Shown one piece after another: positions 1 to 9,985 of a DNA stretch of 64,000 bases; position 1 is the stretch's first letter; each line of letters starts with the position of its first letter. The stretch comes from Candidatus Bathyarchaeota archaeon (GTDB taxonomy: Archaea > Thermoproteota > Bathyarchaeia > 40CM-2-53-6), in NCBI GenBank assembly GCA_963733055.1, contig CAVTBR010000003.1, forward strand, positions 640,001 to 704,000, in the 5' to 3' direction. The notes below the pieces were generated by a model. It saw only the letters and a list, made by a program, of their open reading frames with translations. It did not search any database and was not told the origin of the DNA. The translations under genes were made by a program, and so were the position numbers.

Positions 1-610
1 CCCTGTGCCGAACGCTTTCGCGACCGGCCGAAGCCCAAGCAAAGCCACAGTGGCAGTCCACACGGGCCTCTTGAGTATAGTTAACGATGAAGAGTTAGAG
101 GGCGTGCTCGCACACGAACTCACCCACGTTAAGCACTGGGATACATTGACGATGACGATCGCAGCCACAGTCGCAGGTGCCATCACGTACCTTGCGCAGT
201 GGGGATGGTTCTTTGGCGGCGCTTTCGGGGGCGGCGGTTACGGCAGAAGTAGGCAGCAGGGAAGTCTGATCGGCTTACTGTTCATGCTCGTCCTCGCACC
301 CTTCGCCGCTATGCTAGTGCAACTCGCGGTTTCCCGCACGCGCGAATACTCCGCCGATGAAGGCGGAGCTAAGCTCTCAGGGAAACCCTTGGCGCTTGCT
401 AGTGCGCTCGAAAAAATTGAGTACGCGGCTAGAAGCCGAAAGCCCAGTACAAACGCAAACCCAGCACTATCATCACTCTACATCATCAACCCCTTTAGAG
501 GTTCCATGATGGCACAACTTTTCTCAACCCACCCCGCGACAGAGAAGCGGATTGCAAAGTTGCAACAGATCGCGGGCAACATGGGCTACGGATCATATTA
601 CAGGCAATAA
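1..610 (+). CDS. htpX: Zinc metalloprotease HtpX (5' partial)
   Basis: PNAFATG, HELTH (HExxH), SRTREYSAD and FSTHP motifs; runs off the window start. Confidence 0.93.
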   Translation, partial: PVPNAFATGRSPSKATVAVHTGLLSIVNDEELEGVLAHELTHVKHWDTLTMTIAATVAGAITYLAQWGWFFGGAFGGGGYGRSRQQGSLIGLLFMLVLAPFAAMLVQLAVSRTREYSADEGGAKLSGKPLALASALEKIEYAARSRKPSTNANPALSSLYIINPFRGSMMAQLFSTHPATEKRIAKLQQIAGNMGYGSYYRQ

Positions 611-628
611 CCGTAGCCAAGCACGAAA

Positions 629-1192
629 TCAGTCAAGAATGGCTACTGCACGTACGGGAGAAGTCGGAGCTTTCGCCTTCAACGGAAACGCCGCTAGTTT
701 GAATCTCGGAACATCTACCTCATCGAGGTTACATAACCCCTCCAAAATTAGGATCCCCTTGCTTAGCAGTGTAAGGTGCGCTGGCAAGTCATGGGACGTT
801 GAGTTATCGATGCTGGGGGTATCTATTGCGACCATGCCGACGCGCTTGAATTCGAGATATTGAGCGGCGTTCTCGCTAAGATATGCGTAAGGCTTAACGG
901 CGCCACCCGTGTGAATAATAGCAACCTCTCTCTCCCTAAGGGATAATCCAGCCGCTTCCTCAGCCGCCTCCAAATCCTCATCATCCACAGCTTCACCAGG
1001 CTTCGTGTGGCTTAGATCGAGAATTACTGCGTCAGAGAAGAAATACTCCAATCCGAAGTCACTGATCGCCTTCTGATTCTTCAGCAAATAGGCCGGTGCG
1101 TCGAGATGCGTACCCGCATGTGAGTCCTTGGCAAACTCGTCTAACGAGAACTTGATGGATAAGTCGACTATCTGCATGAGTGCATCCGTCAA
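629..1192 (-). CDS. Cyclase / kynurenine formamidase family metal hydrolase
   Basis: HAGTHLDAP, IDTPSID, ILEGLCNL and C-terminal SPVRAVA motifs. Confidence 0.88.
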   Translation of the reverse strand: MTDALMQIVDLSIKFSLDEFAKDSHAGTHLDAPAYLLKNQKAISDFGLEYFFSDAVILDLSHTKPGEAVDDEDLEAAEEAAGLSLREREVAIIHTGGAVKPYAYLSENAAQYLEFKRVGMVAIDTPSIDNSTSHDLPAHLTLLSKGILILEGLCNLDEVDVPRFKLAAFPLKAKAPTSPVRAVAILD

Positions 1193-1353
1193 CTACCAGA
1201 TAGATTTCGCATTAAAGGACATCCAAAGAGTGTACCCATTGGAGACGCGATCGTTTCGAGTGATCGACCGGTTGAATTTCGGTTCGATTCGAGATACCCT
1301 TTTTAGCCCACTCCACAAGTTTGAATCTTGAAAGCAATACTGAGCTGCAAAAT

Positions 1354-1962
1354 ATGCAAGCAACCGTCCCACCAGGGCAAACCTTTGCGAAACGATGGGC
1401 TATCTACGCGGCCTTCGGAGCCCCGGAAGTTGACCTCAAACCTTGGCGCTTAACCACCGACGGGCTCGTCGAAAAACAACTTAACCTAAGTTTCGAAGAC
1501 ATTCAAAAAATGCCACAAGTGAAACTCACACGAGACTTTCACTGCGTGACGACATGGAGCATCAAGGACGTTGTTTGGGATGGGGTGGCGTTCCGGGAAG
1601 TGGCGAAACTGACCGGGATTAAACCCGAGGCGAAGTGGGTGATGTTTCACTGCGCAGATGGGTACACCGCCCCCGTGCCATTAGAGGATGCTATGGTTGA
1701 GGACTCGCTGATAGCTTTCAAGATGAATGGCAAACCCATCCCAGTCCAACAGGGATTTCCTGCGCGGCCGTTCATTCCTCATCTTTACGGTTGGAAAAGC
1801 GCGAAGTGGTTGACTGGAATCGAATTCCTTGCCGAATACCACGACGGATACTGGGAAGCCTACAATTATCACGAGCGTGGCAACATTTGGGATGAAGAAC
1901 GCTTCAAGGGCCAAGGCGGAAAACACGTACGACACCGAGGCCTCGGATCAATACCGGTCTAA
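1354..1962 (+). CDS. Sulfite oxidase-like molybdopterin oxidoreductase (YuiH-like)
   Basis: PPGQ, DFHCVTTWS, YGWKSAKW and GYWE motifs; ATG at 1354 preferred. Confidence 0.9.
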   Translation: MQATVPPGQTFAKRWAIYAAFGAPEVDLKPWRLTTDGLVEKQLNLSFEDIQKMPQVKLTRDFHCVTTWSIKDVVWDGVAFREVAKLTGIKPEAKWVMFHCADGYTAPVPLEDAMVEDSLIAFKMNGKPIPVQQGFPARPFIPHLYGWKSAKWLTGIEFLAEYHDGYWEAYNYHERGNIWDEERFKGQGGKHVRHRGLGSIPV

Positions 1963-2159
1963 GTCATTTCTTGGGGCAGGAAATCACAGACATCATCTCA
2001 CGTTCTCAACCCACATATCTCAAGAAGTCACATTCGAATCAACAACTCCCAGAACAAAATCAACCGTTGCCAATTACCGAACACCACACCGGACTACACG
2101 TAGAATGATTTTTCTTCAAGTCAATATGCTGCTTGAGGGTTCATTAGAGGTAGTGACTC

Positions 2160-2636
2160 ATGGCTGAAGGTCTCGCTCGGGAAATCAAAAGCGCGCTGAC
2201 TGGTTGGTTCTATCCAGTTCACTACAATCTTGAGCGATGGGCCTATGCGCTCCAACGAATATCCGGAATCGCTGTAACCGCCTACTTCCTGGCACATATC
2301 GTAGAGACTGGAAACGTCGTGGGCGGTCTAAGTGTTTGGAGTGTTCCGTCCCAAGATTTTGCGAGCGCAATCTGGAGCGCAACATTCCATTTCCTAGAGA
2401 ACCCTCTCTTCGACACAGGGCTTATCGTCATCGGGTTCATGCTCTCCTACCATACCATAAACGGAATCAGGTTAACGCTCACGGAGTTTGGGGTTTTACA
2501 AGGTAAGCCTTCTCGTCCCGATTTTCCCTACGAGCCGAAGTCATTTTCCAAAGCTCAACGGGCAATATTCTGGCTCAGTGTTCTGTTTGCTGCCGCGACT
2601 GCGGTATATGCGTTGAATGTTTTCTTTGGGGTTTAG
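2160..2636 (+). CDS. sdhC: Succinate dehydrogenase cytochrome b subunit
   Basis: LQRISG, H ligand and HTINGIR motifs; three TM segments; GAGGT RBS. Confidence 0.85.
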   Translation: MAEGLAREIKSALTGWFYPVHYNLERWAYALQRISGIAVTAYFLAHIVETGNVVGGLSVWSVPSQDFASAIWSATFHFLENPLFDTGLIVIGFMLSYHTINGIRLTLTEFGVLQGKPSRPDFPYEPKSFSKAQRAIFWLSVLFAAATAVYALNVFFGV

Positions 2637-2639
2637 GAA

Positions 2640-2984
2640 ATGAAAGAATCTACTAGAATGCTTCTGCATTACGCGACGGGGCTCGGCATCGTCATAGCCG
2701 GAGGGGTGCACCTCTTCACTGTCTTCCTCACAGGGCCTTACGTTCAGAACCTAGCGTTTAGCAGCGTGATGATGGTTTACAGAAACATCCTCCTAGCAGT
2801 CACCCTTGAGCTTTTACTGCTTTTCGTGGACTACCATGCTCTGAACGGGGTTAGAATCATATTGATCGAGTTTCACCAAGGCGCGATATGGGAACGCGGG
2901 GTTTCATGGGTGCTCGCGGTTGCAGGCCTCTTACTTCTAATCTATGGGACGAGAACAATCCTAATCGCAAATGCTCTAGCGTGA
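2640..2984 (+). CDS. sdhD: Succinate dehydrogenase membrane anchor subunit
   Basis: HYATG, H ligand and YHALNGVR motifs; follows sdhC. Confidence 0.8.
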   Translation: MKESTRMLLHYATGLGIVIAGGVHLFTVFLTGPYVQNLAFSSVMMVYRNILLAVTLELLLLFVDYHALNGVRIILIEFHQGAIWERGVSWVLAVAGLLLLIYGTRTILIANALA

Positions 2985-2996
2985 AGACCGCCAATC

Positions 2997-3704
2997 TTGG
3001 AAAAAACTGTCACCGCCGGGGACAAAGAGAAAGCCCAAGAAATCCTAAAGATACTTAGTGCGAAGATACCGCTCCGTGAAGAAGACTTCGCCGCCTCACG
3101 TGTGGCCAAGGAATCCAGTGACCCATTCCGCGTCCTGATAGTTACAATTCTTTCACAGAACTGCACTGACATCGCGGCACTCAGGGCTTACGAAATCTTG
3201 GACCGGAGAGTAGGGGTCTCAGTTTCAACTCTGAGTAAGGCGCGGGTTCCAACCATCGAGAAAGCAATCCACGTCGCGGGCTTGCATAAACAGAAGGCTA
3301 AAGCCTTGAAGCAACTTTCGAGGGTCGTAAATGAGCAATATTCTGGTAACTTCGCCTCAATGTTGGAAGGTTCATTCGAACAGGTTCGCGAGAGGCTTCA
3401 AGAATTGCCAAACGTCGGCCCCAAGACGGCAGATGTGTTGCTCAGCATTTGGGGTCAGCCAACTATCTCCGTTGACACGCACGTTGAGCGAGTCTCGAAA
3501 CGCCTTGGCCTAGCGCAGCCCAAGGCAAGGTACAGAGAGATTAGGTCGGCTCTCATGCAAGAATTTCTCGCGAAAGACTATCGATCCGTTCCTCTTTATT
3601 TCATGGCCCTTGGCCGAAGCATATGCAAAGCCCGACGCCCACTCTGTCCTACGTGCCCCGTTAACAACCTGTGTCCGTATGAACGAAAAACGAAGTCGAT
3701 GTGA
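2997..3704 (+). CDS. nth: Endonuclease III (HhH-GPD, 4Fe-4S)
   Basis: ILSQN, LPNVGPKTA, VDTHVER and C-x6-C-x2-C-x5-C motifs. Confidence 0.92.
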   Translation: MEKTVTAGDKEKAQEILKILSAKIPLREEDFAASRVAKESSDPFRVLIVTILSQNCTDIAALRAYEILDRRVGVSVSTLSKARVPTIEKAIHVAGLHKQKAKALKQLSRVVNEQYSGNFASMLEGSFEQVRERLQELPNVGPKTADVLLSIWGQPTISVDTHVERVSKRLGLAQPKARYREIRSALMQEFLAKDYRSVPLYFMALGRSICKARRPLCPTCPVNNLCPYERKTKSM

Positions 3705-3726
3705 TTTTACTGATCGAGAGGGGAGC

Positions 3727-5265
3727 CTACTCTGGTGGGATCTCCTTGAACGCTAACGAGATGCTCATCCCCTCCTTTGCCCGCAAGTGCCGAGCGATGC
3801 CGTAAATCGCAACGGAGAGGATGAGTGATACGGCAATGTATCCGTAAGCTAGCGGGTTGCCGCCGTAGATGTTGGGGTAGTCTAGGAATCCGTAGGTTAA
3901 GTATGCGAAAACAACCGTTTGGAGCACGCCTGCGGTTGCGAGCGAGACCTTCGTCCATCCTTTCTCCCTCTTGAATGCATAAGCCACCGCGCCGATGCCC
4001 ACTATGGCGAAGTATACCATCGAAGCGACCAGTACCCCGTAGAGCGAGGATATCGTTCCGTAGAGGAACGCGGCCAAACCGATCAGGAAGACTGTTACAA
4101 CGAGATCCACAAGGTGTGCTACAACCGGGGAACCATACTTCGGGCTAACATAGGCGAGCTTTGAAGGAAGGAATCTGTCAAAGGCTTGGGCGAGCATGTA
4201 TCTTGAGATTGTGATTATTCCGAACGCGAGAATCGCTACCGTTAGCACAATCCAACCGAGCCCAATCAGGAAAGCTTCCGCAAAATTTCCGGACACACCC
4301 ATTGCAAGAGTCCAGAAGTTGAATGAATGGTCGTAGACGAGAGCCGAATTGGCGAGCGCCGCTGTTGTAAACTGAAACCCTGCAGCATAGTACATGGCGG
4401 CAAACGGGATGGTGACTATCAGGAACGCGAAGGCTAACGAGATCGGAACGTTCCACCTTGGCGCTTTTCCCTGTAACTCAGAACCAACTGAAGGGGCAGC
4501 GTTAAACCAAGGATAAGTAAACAAGGCGAAGTAAGGCATCATTAGCAGAGTAGATCTCAAGTCGAATGTAGGTCCGGAATAGGAGTTCGCGACGGACGTG
4601 TAAGTTAAATTCGCAACTCTCAATCCATCAACATAGTTCTCTACACCTACCTTCCCGGCGTTGAGTACAGCGAAAGTTGCGACGGCCATCGCGATTATCC
4701 CGATCACCCAGAAAATCGAGATGAGCTTGAACCCAAACCTAGGCCTGATGATATTGACTCCAATGAGAATTATCAATAATGAAGATGCGAGTAGGAATTG
4801 AGAGAGCGGGTCCCCTCCCGGGATATTCCCTGGTAAGGCAAGTCCAAGCAAGCCCGAAAATCCGAGCGCCACCCCGACGGAACCTATTGCAAAGACCGCC
4901 GACAACGCAATCAGGGCGAGGTACGGCATAGTTTCCAAAGTTATGCCCGTAAACGTCATGACGCTCCCAACAAAACCGCCCAACGATCTGGAAACCCAAA
5001 CGTAGTCCCCACCAGTTCTTGAGATTCGCCTAGAGAGCATCGTGTAAACGATAGCTTGCGGAACAGCGAGCAGCGCAGCTATTGCCGATCCGAGAACCAA
5101 GTTTACTCCTGAGACGGTAGGCAAAGCGAGCATAGTGTATCCGACAAGTGCAAGCGCAGGACCCACCGACATGTAGCTGACATTGATAGCAATCGCATCG
5201 AACAACGAAACCCGCTTAGTTAGTCCAGTTGCCTCTCGAACGAATACGGTGTGAGGATTCGGCAT
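3727..5265 (-). CDS. APC family amino acid permease
   Basis: FVREATGL, GGDYVWVSR and AFDRFLP motifs; ~12 TM; start taken at MPNPH. Confidence 0.88.
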   Translation of the reverse strand: MPNPHTVFVREATGLTKRVSLFDAIAINVSYMSVGPALALVGYTMLALPTVSGVNLVLGSAIAALLAVPQAIVYTMLSRRISRTGGDYVWVSRSLGGFVGSVMTFTGITLETMPYLALIALSAVFAIGSVGVALGFSGLLGLALPGNIPGGDPLSQFLLASSLLIILIGVNIIRPRFGFKLISIFWVIGIIAMAVATFAVLNAGKVGVENYVDGLRVANLTYTSVANSYSGPTFDLRSTLLMMPYFALFTYPWFNAAPSVGSELQGKAPRWNVPISLAFAFLIVTIPFAAMYYAAGFQFTTAALANSALVYDHSFNFWTLAMGVSGNFAEAFLIGLGWIVLTVAILAFGIITISRYMLAQAFDRFLPSKLAYVSPKYGSPVVAHLVDLVVTVFLIGLAAFLYGTISSLYGVLVASMVYFAIVGIGAVAYAFKREKGWTKVSLATAGVLQTVVFAYLTYGFLDYPNIYGGNPLAYGYIAVSLILSVAIYGIARHLRAKEGMSISLAFKEIPPE

Positions 5266-5378
5266 TTTGCGTATCAACTTGTCGCGGGCTATCGGCCACT
5301 TTTTCATCGATGAGCCCAACCCTGAAGACCTAAACATAAAAGGAAATCTAGGCGCAGAATAGTGGATGCGGGTTCGCC

Positions 5379-6311
5379 ATGGTTTCCACTGTCGTCGTCG
5401 GAGCGATAAACTGGGACACAACCCTCTTTGTGGATGAGTTCCCTCGAAAGGGTGCGGAAGCGGTTGTTCGCCGAATCACCCACGTCCCTGGAGGGAAAGC
5501 AGGAAATGCTGCCGTTGCAGCTGCTCGGCTCCTTGGACCCAAGCACGTAGCGATCATAGGCGCGTTAGGTAATGACTGGGTCGCCTCAGAGCATACAAGA
5601 GCCTTCGAGCAGGAGGGAATAGATTGTTCAGGGCTAAAACGCGACGATTCAGTTCAATCCGGACAGGCCCATATAGTCGTGGACGAAACCGGGGAAAATG
5701 TGATTCACACGTACTTTGGAGCCAACGCTACAATGCTGCCCGAAGACCTAGATGACGCAAACCGCCGTGAACTGATCGAAAGCGCGAGCATAATCGCAAT
5801 CATGGATCCACCGTTCGAGACATCTATGAAGGTGGCCCAGGTAGCCAAGAAGTTGAACAAGACTGTGGCGTGGGATCCCGGCGTTAAGTCCCAGCTAGGC
5901 TACGAAACGACGAGCTCGCTTCTGCGGAACGTTGACTATTTTCTGGCCAATGAATCTGAAGTTGGATTTCTAACGGGAACAAAGACGCAAGCTTTGGCGG
6001 CACGCAAACTTCAGCGCGCCAATCCAAACCTGAAGGTGATAATGAAACTCGGAGCAAGAGGGTCCGTAATGTGCAGCGGGAAGAAAAGAATCGTGACACG
6101 AGGTTTAGATTTGAAGCGGGCTGGTTTGAAGGTTGTGAATACTGTAGGTTGCGGCGACGCTTTTCTTGGCGCTTTTGTCGCCGCCATAAGCGAAGGTCGA
6201 CCGGAACTGGAGGCCTTAAGGTGGGCTAACTTCACAGCGGGACTAAACGCCACGCAGCCCGAGACTCGTGGGAGCCCGGATCGAACCACGCTAATGAAGT
6301 ATCTCGGTTAG
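5379..6311 (+). CDS. PfkB family carbohydrate kinase (ribokinase-like)
   Basis: PGGKAGNAA, NESE and NTVGCGDAF motifs. Confidence 0.92.
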   Translation: MVSTVVVGAINWDTTLFVDEFPRKGAEAVVRRITHVPGGKAGNAAVAAARLLGPKHVAIIGALGNDWVASEHTRAFEQEGIDCSGLKRDDSVQSGQAHIVVDETGENVIHTYFGANATMLPEDLDDANRRELIESASIIAIMDPPFETSMKVAQVAKKLNKTVAWDPGVKSQLGYETTSSLLRNVDYFLANESEVGFLTGTKTQALAARKLQRANPNLKVIMKLGARGSVMCSGKKRIVTRGLDLKRAGLKVVNTVGCGDAFLGAFVAAISEGRPELEALRWANFTAGLNATQPETRGSPDRTTLMKYLG

Positions 6312-7198
6312 TTGGTTTTCTTCCTCAACTGGTCAGCGATGAGTGGCGCGACCGTAACGCGGCTTATCGGGCTCGGGACGGTATCGGTTCCAACTACGTC
6401 CTGTACACCAGCCGCGTTGATCTTGGCGAGAGCTCCTGGCGCTAGGATGGGATGCGTGCACGCGACCTGAATCCTAACTGCACCTTGGGATTGTAGGATC
6501 TTCACGGCTTCTACAATCGTGCCCCCTGTGCTAATTATGTCGTCAACGATGAGCACGTCTCGTCCCTTAGCATTGGATTTTCTAGGGCGAACCTCAACAT
6601 GAGCATCACCCAGCCTTTTCTTCTCAAAGACATCATAATCAGTCCCCAACCTTTCCGCCGCAATCTTTGCCCATTGCTCGGCTTCTGCATCGGGGCCAAT
6701 GACCAGCGGCTTTTCCATCTTGCCAGTTTTCTTGACGTAATCTGCGAGTAGTGTCATTGCGGAGAGGTTGTGGGCGGGTATTCTGAAGGCTTCAGAGGAT
6801 TTGACGACTCTATGCTGATGCATATCAATCGTGTAGATTTCGTCGGTTCCAACGGTTTCGATGAGCTTGCTTACCGTTTTGAAACTCAACGCCTCACCGG
6901 GCTTGAACCGTTCGTCCTGACGCGCATAGGCAAAGTAAGGCATGAAAGCGATGACCCTCTTGGCGCCAAGATCTTTCAAGGCGTCCGTCAGGAGAAGGTA
7001 TTCGAACAACAATTCGTCGGGAGTATGATGAATTGACTGAACGACCGCAACTGTTTGATCCTTTACCTCACTGAGGACCCTAAGGTATTTTTCGCCGTCG
7101 GGAAATCTGCGAACCTCTAATCCTCCTAGATCAACGCCTAGCTCTTTTGCGACCTTAGACGCTAGAGCTTCGGAGGTTGGTCCACCAATCACAAGCAT
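6308..7198 (-). CDS. prs: Ribose-phosphate pyrophosphokinase
   Basis: FPDGE, PYFAYARQD and VDDIISTGGT motifs. Confidence 0.96.
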   Translation of the reverse strand: MLVIGGPTSEALASKVAKELGVDLGGLEVRRFPDGEKYLRVLSEVKDQTVAVVQSIHHTPDELLFEYLLLTDALKDLGAKRVIAFMPYFAYARQDERFKPGEALSFKTVSKLIETVGTDEIYTIDMHQHRVVKSSEAFRIPAHNLSAMTLLADYVKKTGKMEKPLVIGPDAEAEQWAKIAAERLGTDYDVFEKKRLGDAHVEVRPRKSNAKGRDVLIVDDIISTGGTIVEAVKILQSQGAVRIQVACTHPILAPGALAKINAAGVQDVVGTDTVPSPISRVTVAPLIADQLRKKTN

Positions 7199-7245
7199 TC
7201 TATGTCACTGCGAGTGCCGTATTAGTAAGTCAGATAAAACCTATC

Positions 7246-7920
7246 TCAAGAACCCTCACGTAATCGACCGCGCAGCTCGTCCACGACTTTTTGAAAGTCA
7301 TCTATCTCCTTGTGTGGAACGTTGCCCTCTCGGCATAGTTCTGCGAGCCTAGAGGCCCTAATGGCAAACGCCAAATCCGATTCCCTAGCCGCGGGATAAT
7401 CACCAAACCCATTTCCGACGAAGAAAACTTGTTTGCCATTCATCTTCTCGCGCTTGACCAGATCATCTTTGAAGTTGACTGATGATGCAGTGATCTTTTC
7501 GGGAAAAGTAGGCGTGTACCCGTTTTCGGTGAATCGTATTTTTGGTGCACGAATTTGTATGAATTTCAACCATTCATCCTGATTGAGAAAATGTTGAATA
7601 CAAAAGTCGAACCCACCACTAGCGACCATGAGTTCTATGCCATTTGACATGCAATAGTTGACCAGCCGATCAAAGTTGGGCCTAAGAACTGCAACCCGAT
7701 CCAGCTGCTCGAGGATAGTCTCCTGCGGGACTTTGAGCATCGCGTATTGCTGTCGGAGGGAATCTTCGAATGAAATTTCCCCTCTTTCTAATGCTTCATC
7801 TATCTGCTTCCAGTCGGGGTCTGCGTAGAGATCCAAAGCTACCTGGGCCGTATCGACGTTGACAATCGTCCCGTCAAAATCGCAAACCACCATTGCTTTC
7901 GCGAACGGGCGGCGGTTCAT
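7246..7920 (-). CDS. HAD-IB phosphatase (MtnX-like)
   Basis: CDFDGTI, ASGG and VGNGFGD motifs; start at MNRRP. Confidence 0.88.
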   Translation of the reverse strand: MNRRPFAKAMVVCDFDGTIVNVDTAQVALDLYADPDWKQIDEALERGEISFEDSLRQQYAMLKVPQETILEQLDRVAVLRPNFDRLVNYCMSNGIELMVASGGFDFCIQHFLNQDEWLKFIQIRAPKIRFTENGYTPTFPEKITASSVNFKDDLVKREKMNGKQVFFVGNGFGDYPAARESDLAFAIRASRLAELCREGNVPHKEIDDFQKVVDELRGRLREGS

Positions 7921-8003
7921 ATCTGCTCCAGCCTTGAAACCAGTAGGGTGAGGATTAAAGGTAAATGTGGCCACTTGGCTGTAACGCAGTGTGATATTAT
8001 CCA

Positions 8004-8348
8004 ATGCTGGACAGAATCACCGTCGTGCTTGCCCCATGGTGTCCCCATTGCGTCCCCCTTTCCTCAGAGAAGGCTGAACAGATGGCCAAACAACTCGGGG
8101 TTGAGTTGCGAGTGCTTGACATAGACGAACCGGACCAGGAGAGAATCGCAGATTCCTTGGTCAACGACTACGGAGACGCTGCTGACGACTACCTGATACC
8201 TCAAGTGTTCTTCGAGGAAGACGGCAAAATCAAACATGTCTTCACAGGATTCTCAGAAGGCCTTGACGTAACGAGGGCGCGATGGGATGATTTCTTCGCA
8301 AGCGAATACTACCAGGCAAGACTACAGACTCCTAAGAAACCGAACTAA
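8004..8348 (+). CDS. Thioredoxin/glutaredoxin-fold protein
   Basis: WCPHC and IPQVF cis-Pro motifs. Confidence 0.8.
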   Translation: MLDRITVVLAPWCPHCVPLSSEKAEQMAKQLGVELRVLDIDEPDQERIADSLVNDYGDAADDYLIPQVFFEEDGKIKHVFTGFSEGLDVTRARWDDFFASEYYQARLQTPKKPN

Positions 8349-8354
8349 CCAAAG

Positions 8355-8864
8355 TCAATGGCTCATTAGACTAGATTTGCATATTGGGCATTGGCTCACA
8401 ACCGAGTCACGGTCGTGTGCGAAAAGTTTGGAGCAGCCTGGCCGCGAATGGTCTCCTATACACATGGAAATAGCGACCTGTTTCTCCGAGTCCGTATGTG
8501 CGTATCTTGTCCAATAGACTTCAGTAACCGTCGCGCCGTCGCCGGCCTTTTCCTTGAGGATTTGAACTGCATTTCCTCCGAGTTCCCATCCGTGTCGTGA
8601 AGCTACTCGAACATCAGTGCTGGAGAAGTTCTCGCGGCCAACTTCGCTCGTCAGCTTCTCCGTGAACCATTTCAGGTCCGGTTTTTGGCTGAAATAGACG
8701 ACTTGTGATACGAACCCATCCGGACAAACATATGCTCCTAAGACGTGTGTAGCGGCCTCGACTAGCAGCCTCATTGAGGTTTGCTTGTCGCAATGCCGGA
8801 AGCATTTCCCGCGGAAACTAAGATGCTCTCGGACGAATTCCGGAAACCAATCCATCTCAATCAC
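8355..8864 (-). CDS. Hypothetical Cys-rich protein
   Basis: CFRHC and CP near the N-terminus; C-x7-C...CPIC at the C-terminus; fills the intergenic gap. Confidence 0.65.
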   Translation of the reverse strand: MIEMDWFPEFVREHLSFRGKCFRHCDKQTSMRLLVEAATHVLGAYVCPDGFVSQVVYFSQKPDLKWFTEKLTSEVGRENFSSTDVRVASRHGWELGGNAVQILKEKAGDGATVTEVYWTRYAHTDSEKQVAISMCIGDHSRPGCSKLFAHDRDSVVSQCPICKSSLMSH

Positions 8865-8928
8865 ATCGAACCCCCGTAAACATTAGGGAACTTTAAAACG
8901 TTCCAGGGGGTGACCTTCGCGAATCGCA

Positions 8929-9159
8929 TTGAGACCACGAGGGATCGCCGCCATTTCTCTGATGATTATTGGCGCCTCGCTCGTCGCATTCGCAGCAATC
9001 CTACTCATTTCACATGCACCGACCATGAACTGGATAATCGCCGCTGCCTTCGGTTCGATTCTCATTCTAATCGGCATAGGTATTCTTGTGATGGAACTTA
9101 TGGAAACATGGTTGACCAGAGGACAGAGAGCCTTAGTCGACGGGCTTCAAGCAGGCTAG
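8929..9159 (+). CDS. Small two-TM membrane protein
   Basis: RPRGI start followed by two hydrophobic helices; 7 bp before the next gene. Confidence 0.6.
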   Translation: MRPRGIAAISLMIIGASLVAFAAILLISHAPTMNWIIAAAFGSILILIGIGILVMELMETWLTRGQRALVDGLQAG

Positions 9160-9166
9160 AGGAAAC

Positions 9167-9985
9167 ATGTCACAATCCGATTCAACTTTTCTCCTCGAAC
9201 TCGCTGAGTCCGCCACCGAAGAAGCGGGTAAGAAGTTGAGGACGCTCTTCCGACGAAAGTTATCGATAAGACGAAAGTACGATTACGCGGGCAGCATTGT
9301 CACGAATGCCGACTTAGCTGCAGAGAAACTCATTCTTTCCAAGATACGAAAGAGCGGCGTTAAGGGCAGTGTTGTGTCCGAAGAGGCAGGCAGAGTTCAG
9401 TTTGGTTCGGGCGACGTGACTTGGGCGGTCGACCCGCTGGATGGTACTCTCAACTTTGCAAAGCGAATACCGCATTTCGCGGTTTCAATAGGCGTGAGGG
9501 TGGGCAAGAGGACAGTGGCTGGAGCGATTTATGATCCGATGCTGGAAGAGATGTTCACGGCGAGAAGAGGCGGGGGAGCATTCCTGAACGGAAAGAGAGC
9601 TAGGGTTTCGAACGCAACTGCGCTTCGCACCTCGGCTTTCATCTTCGAATGGTGGGAGCCCGAACCTTCGATTCCCGACCCGTTAGGTTTGGAGAAGAGA
9701 CTCTACAAGTATACGCGGAGCTTGCGGTCTCCGGGAAGCATAGCTTTGAACTTGTGCTCAGTTGCTTCCGGGAGATTTGACGGAATGATCACTGTCTTTC
9801 CCAGATCCCCCATCTATGAGACACTTGCGGGCGCGTTGATAGTTGAGGAAGCGGGCGGACGAGTAACGAACTCTTTGGGCGAAAGTTGGGAAAGCCTCTC
9901 GCGGTCGATTATAGCGGGCGGGCCGGCCATACACCGACGATTGATGTCATTCCTAGATCATCGTCAACGAAAACGGTCCATTTGA
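9167..9985 (+). CDS. Inositol monophosphatase family protein
   Basis: VTNAD, SEE, DPLDGTLNF and EAGG motifs. Confidence 0.92.
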   Translation: MSQSDSTFLLELAESATEEAGKKLRTLFRRKLSIRRKYDYAGSIVTNADLAAEKLILSKIRKSGVKGSVVSEEAGRVQFGSGDVTWAVDPLDGTLNFAKRIPHFAVSIGVRVGKRTVAGAIYDPMLEEMFTARRGGGAFLNGKRARVSNATALRTSAFIFEWWEPEPSIPDPLGLEKRLYKYTRSLRSPGSIALNLCSVASGRFDGMITVFPRSPIYETLAGALIVEEAGGRVTNSLGESWESLSRSIIAGGPAIHRRLMSFLDHRQRKRSI

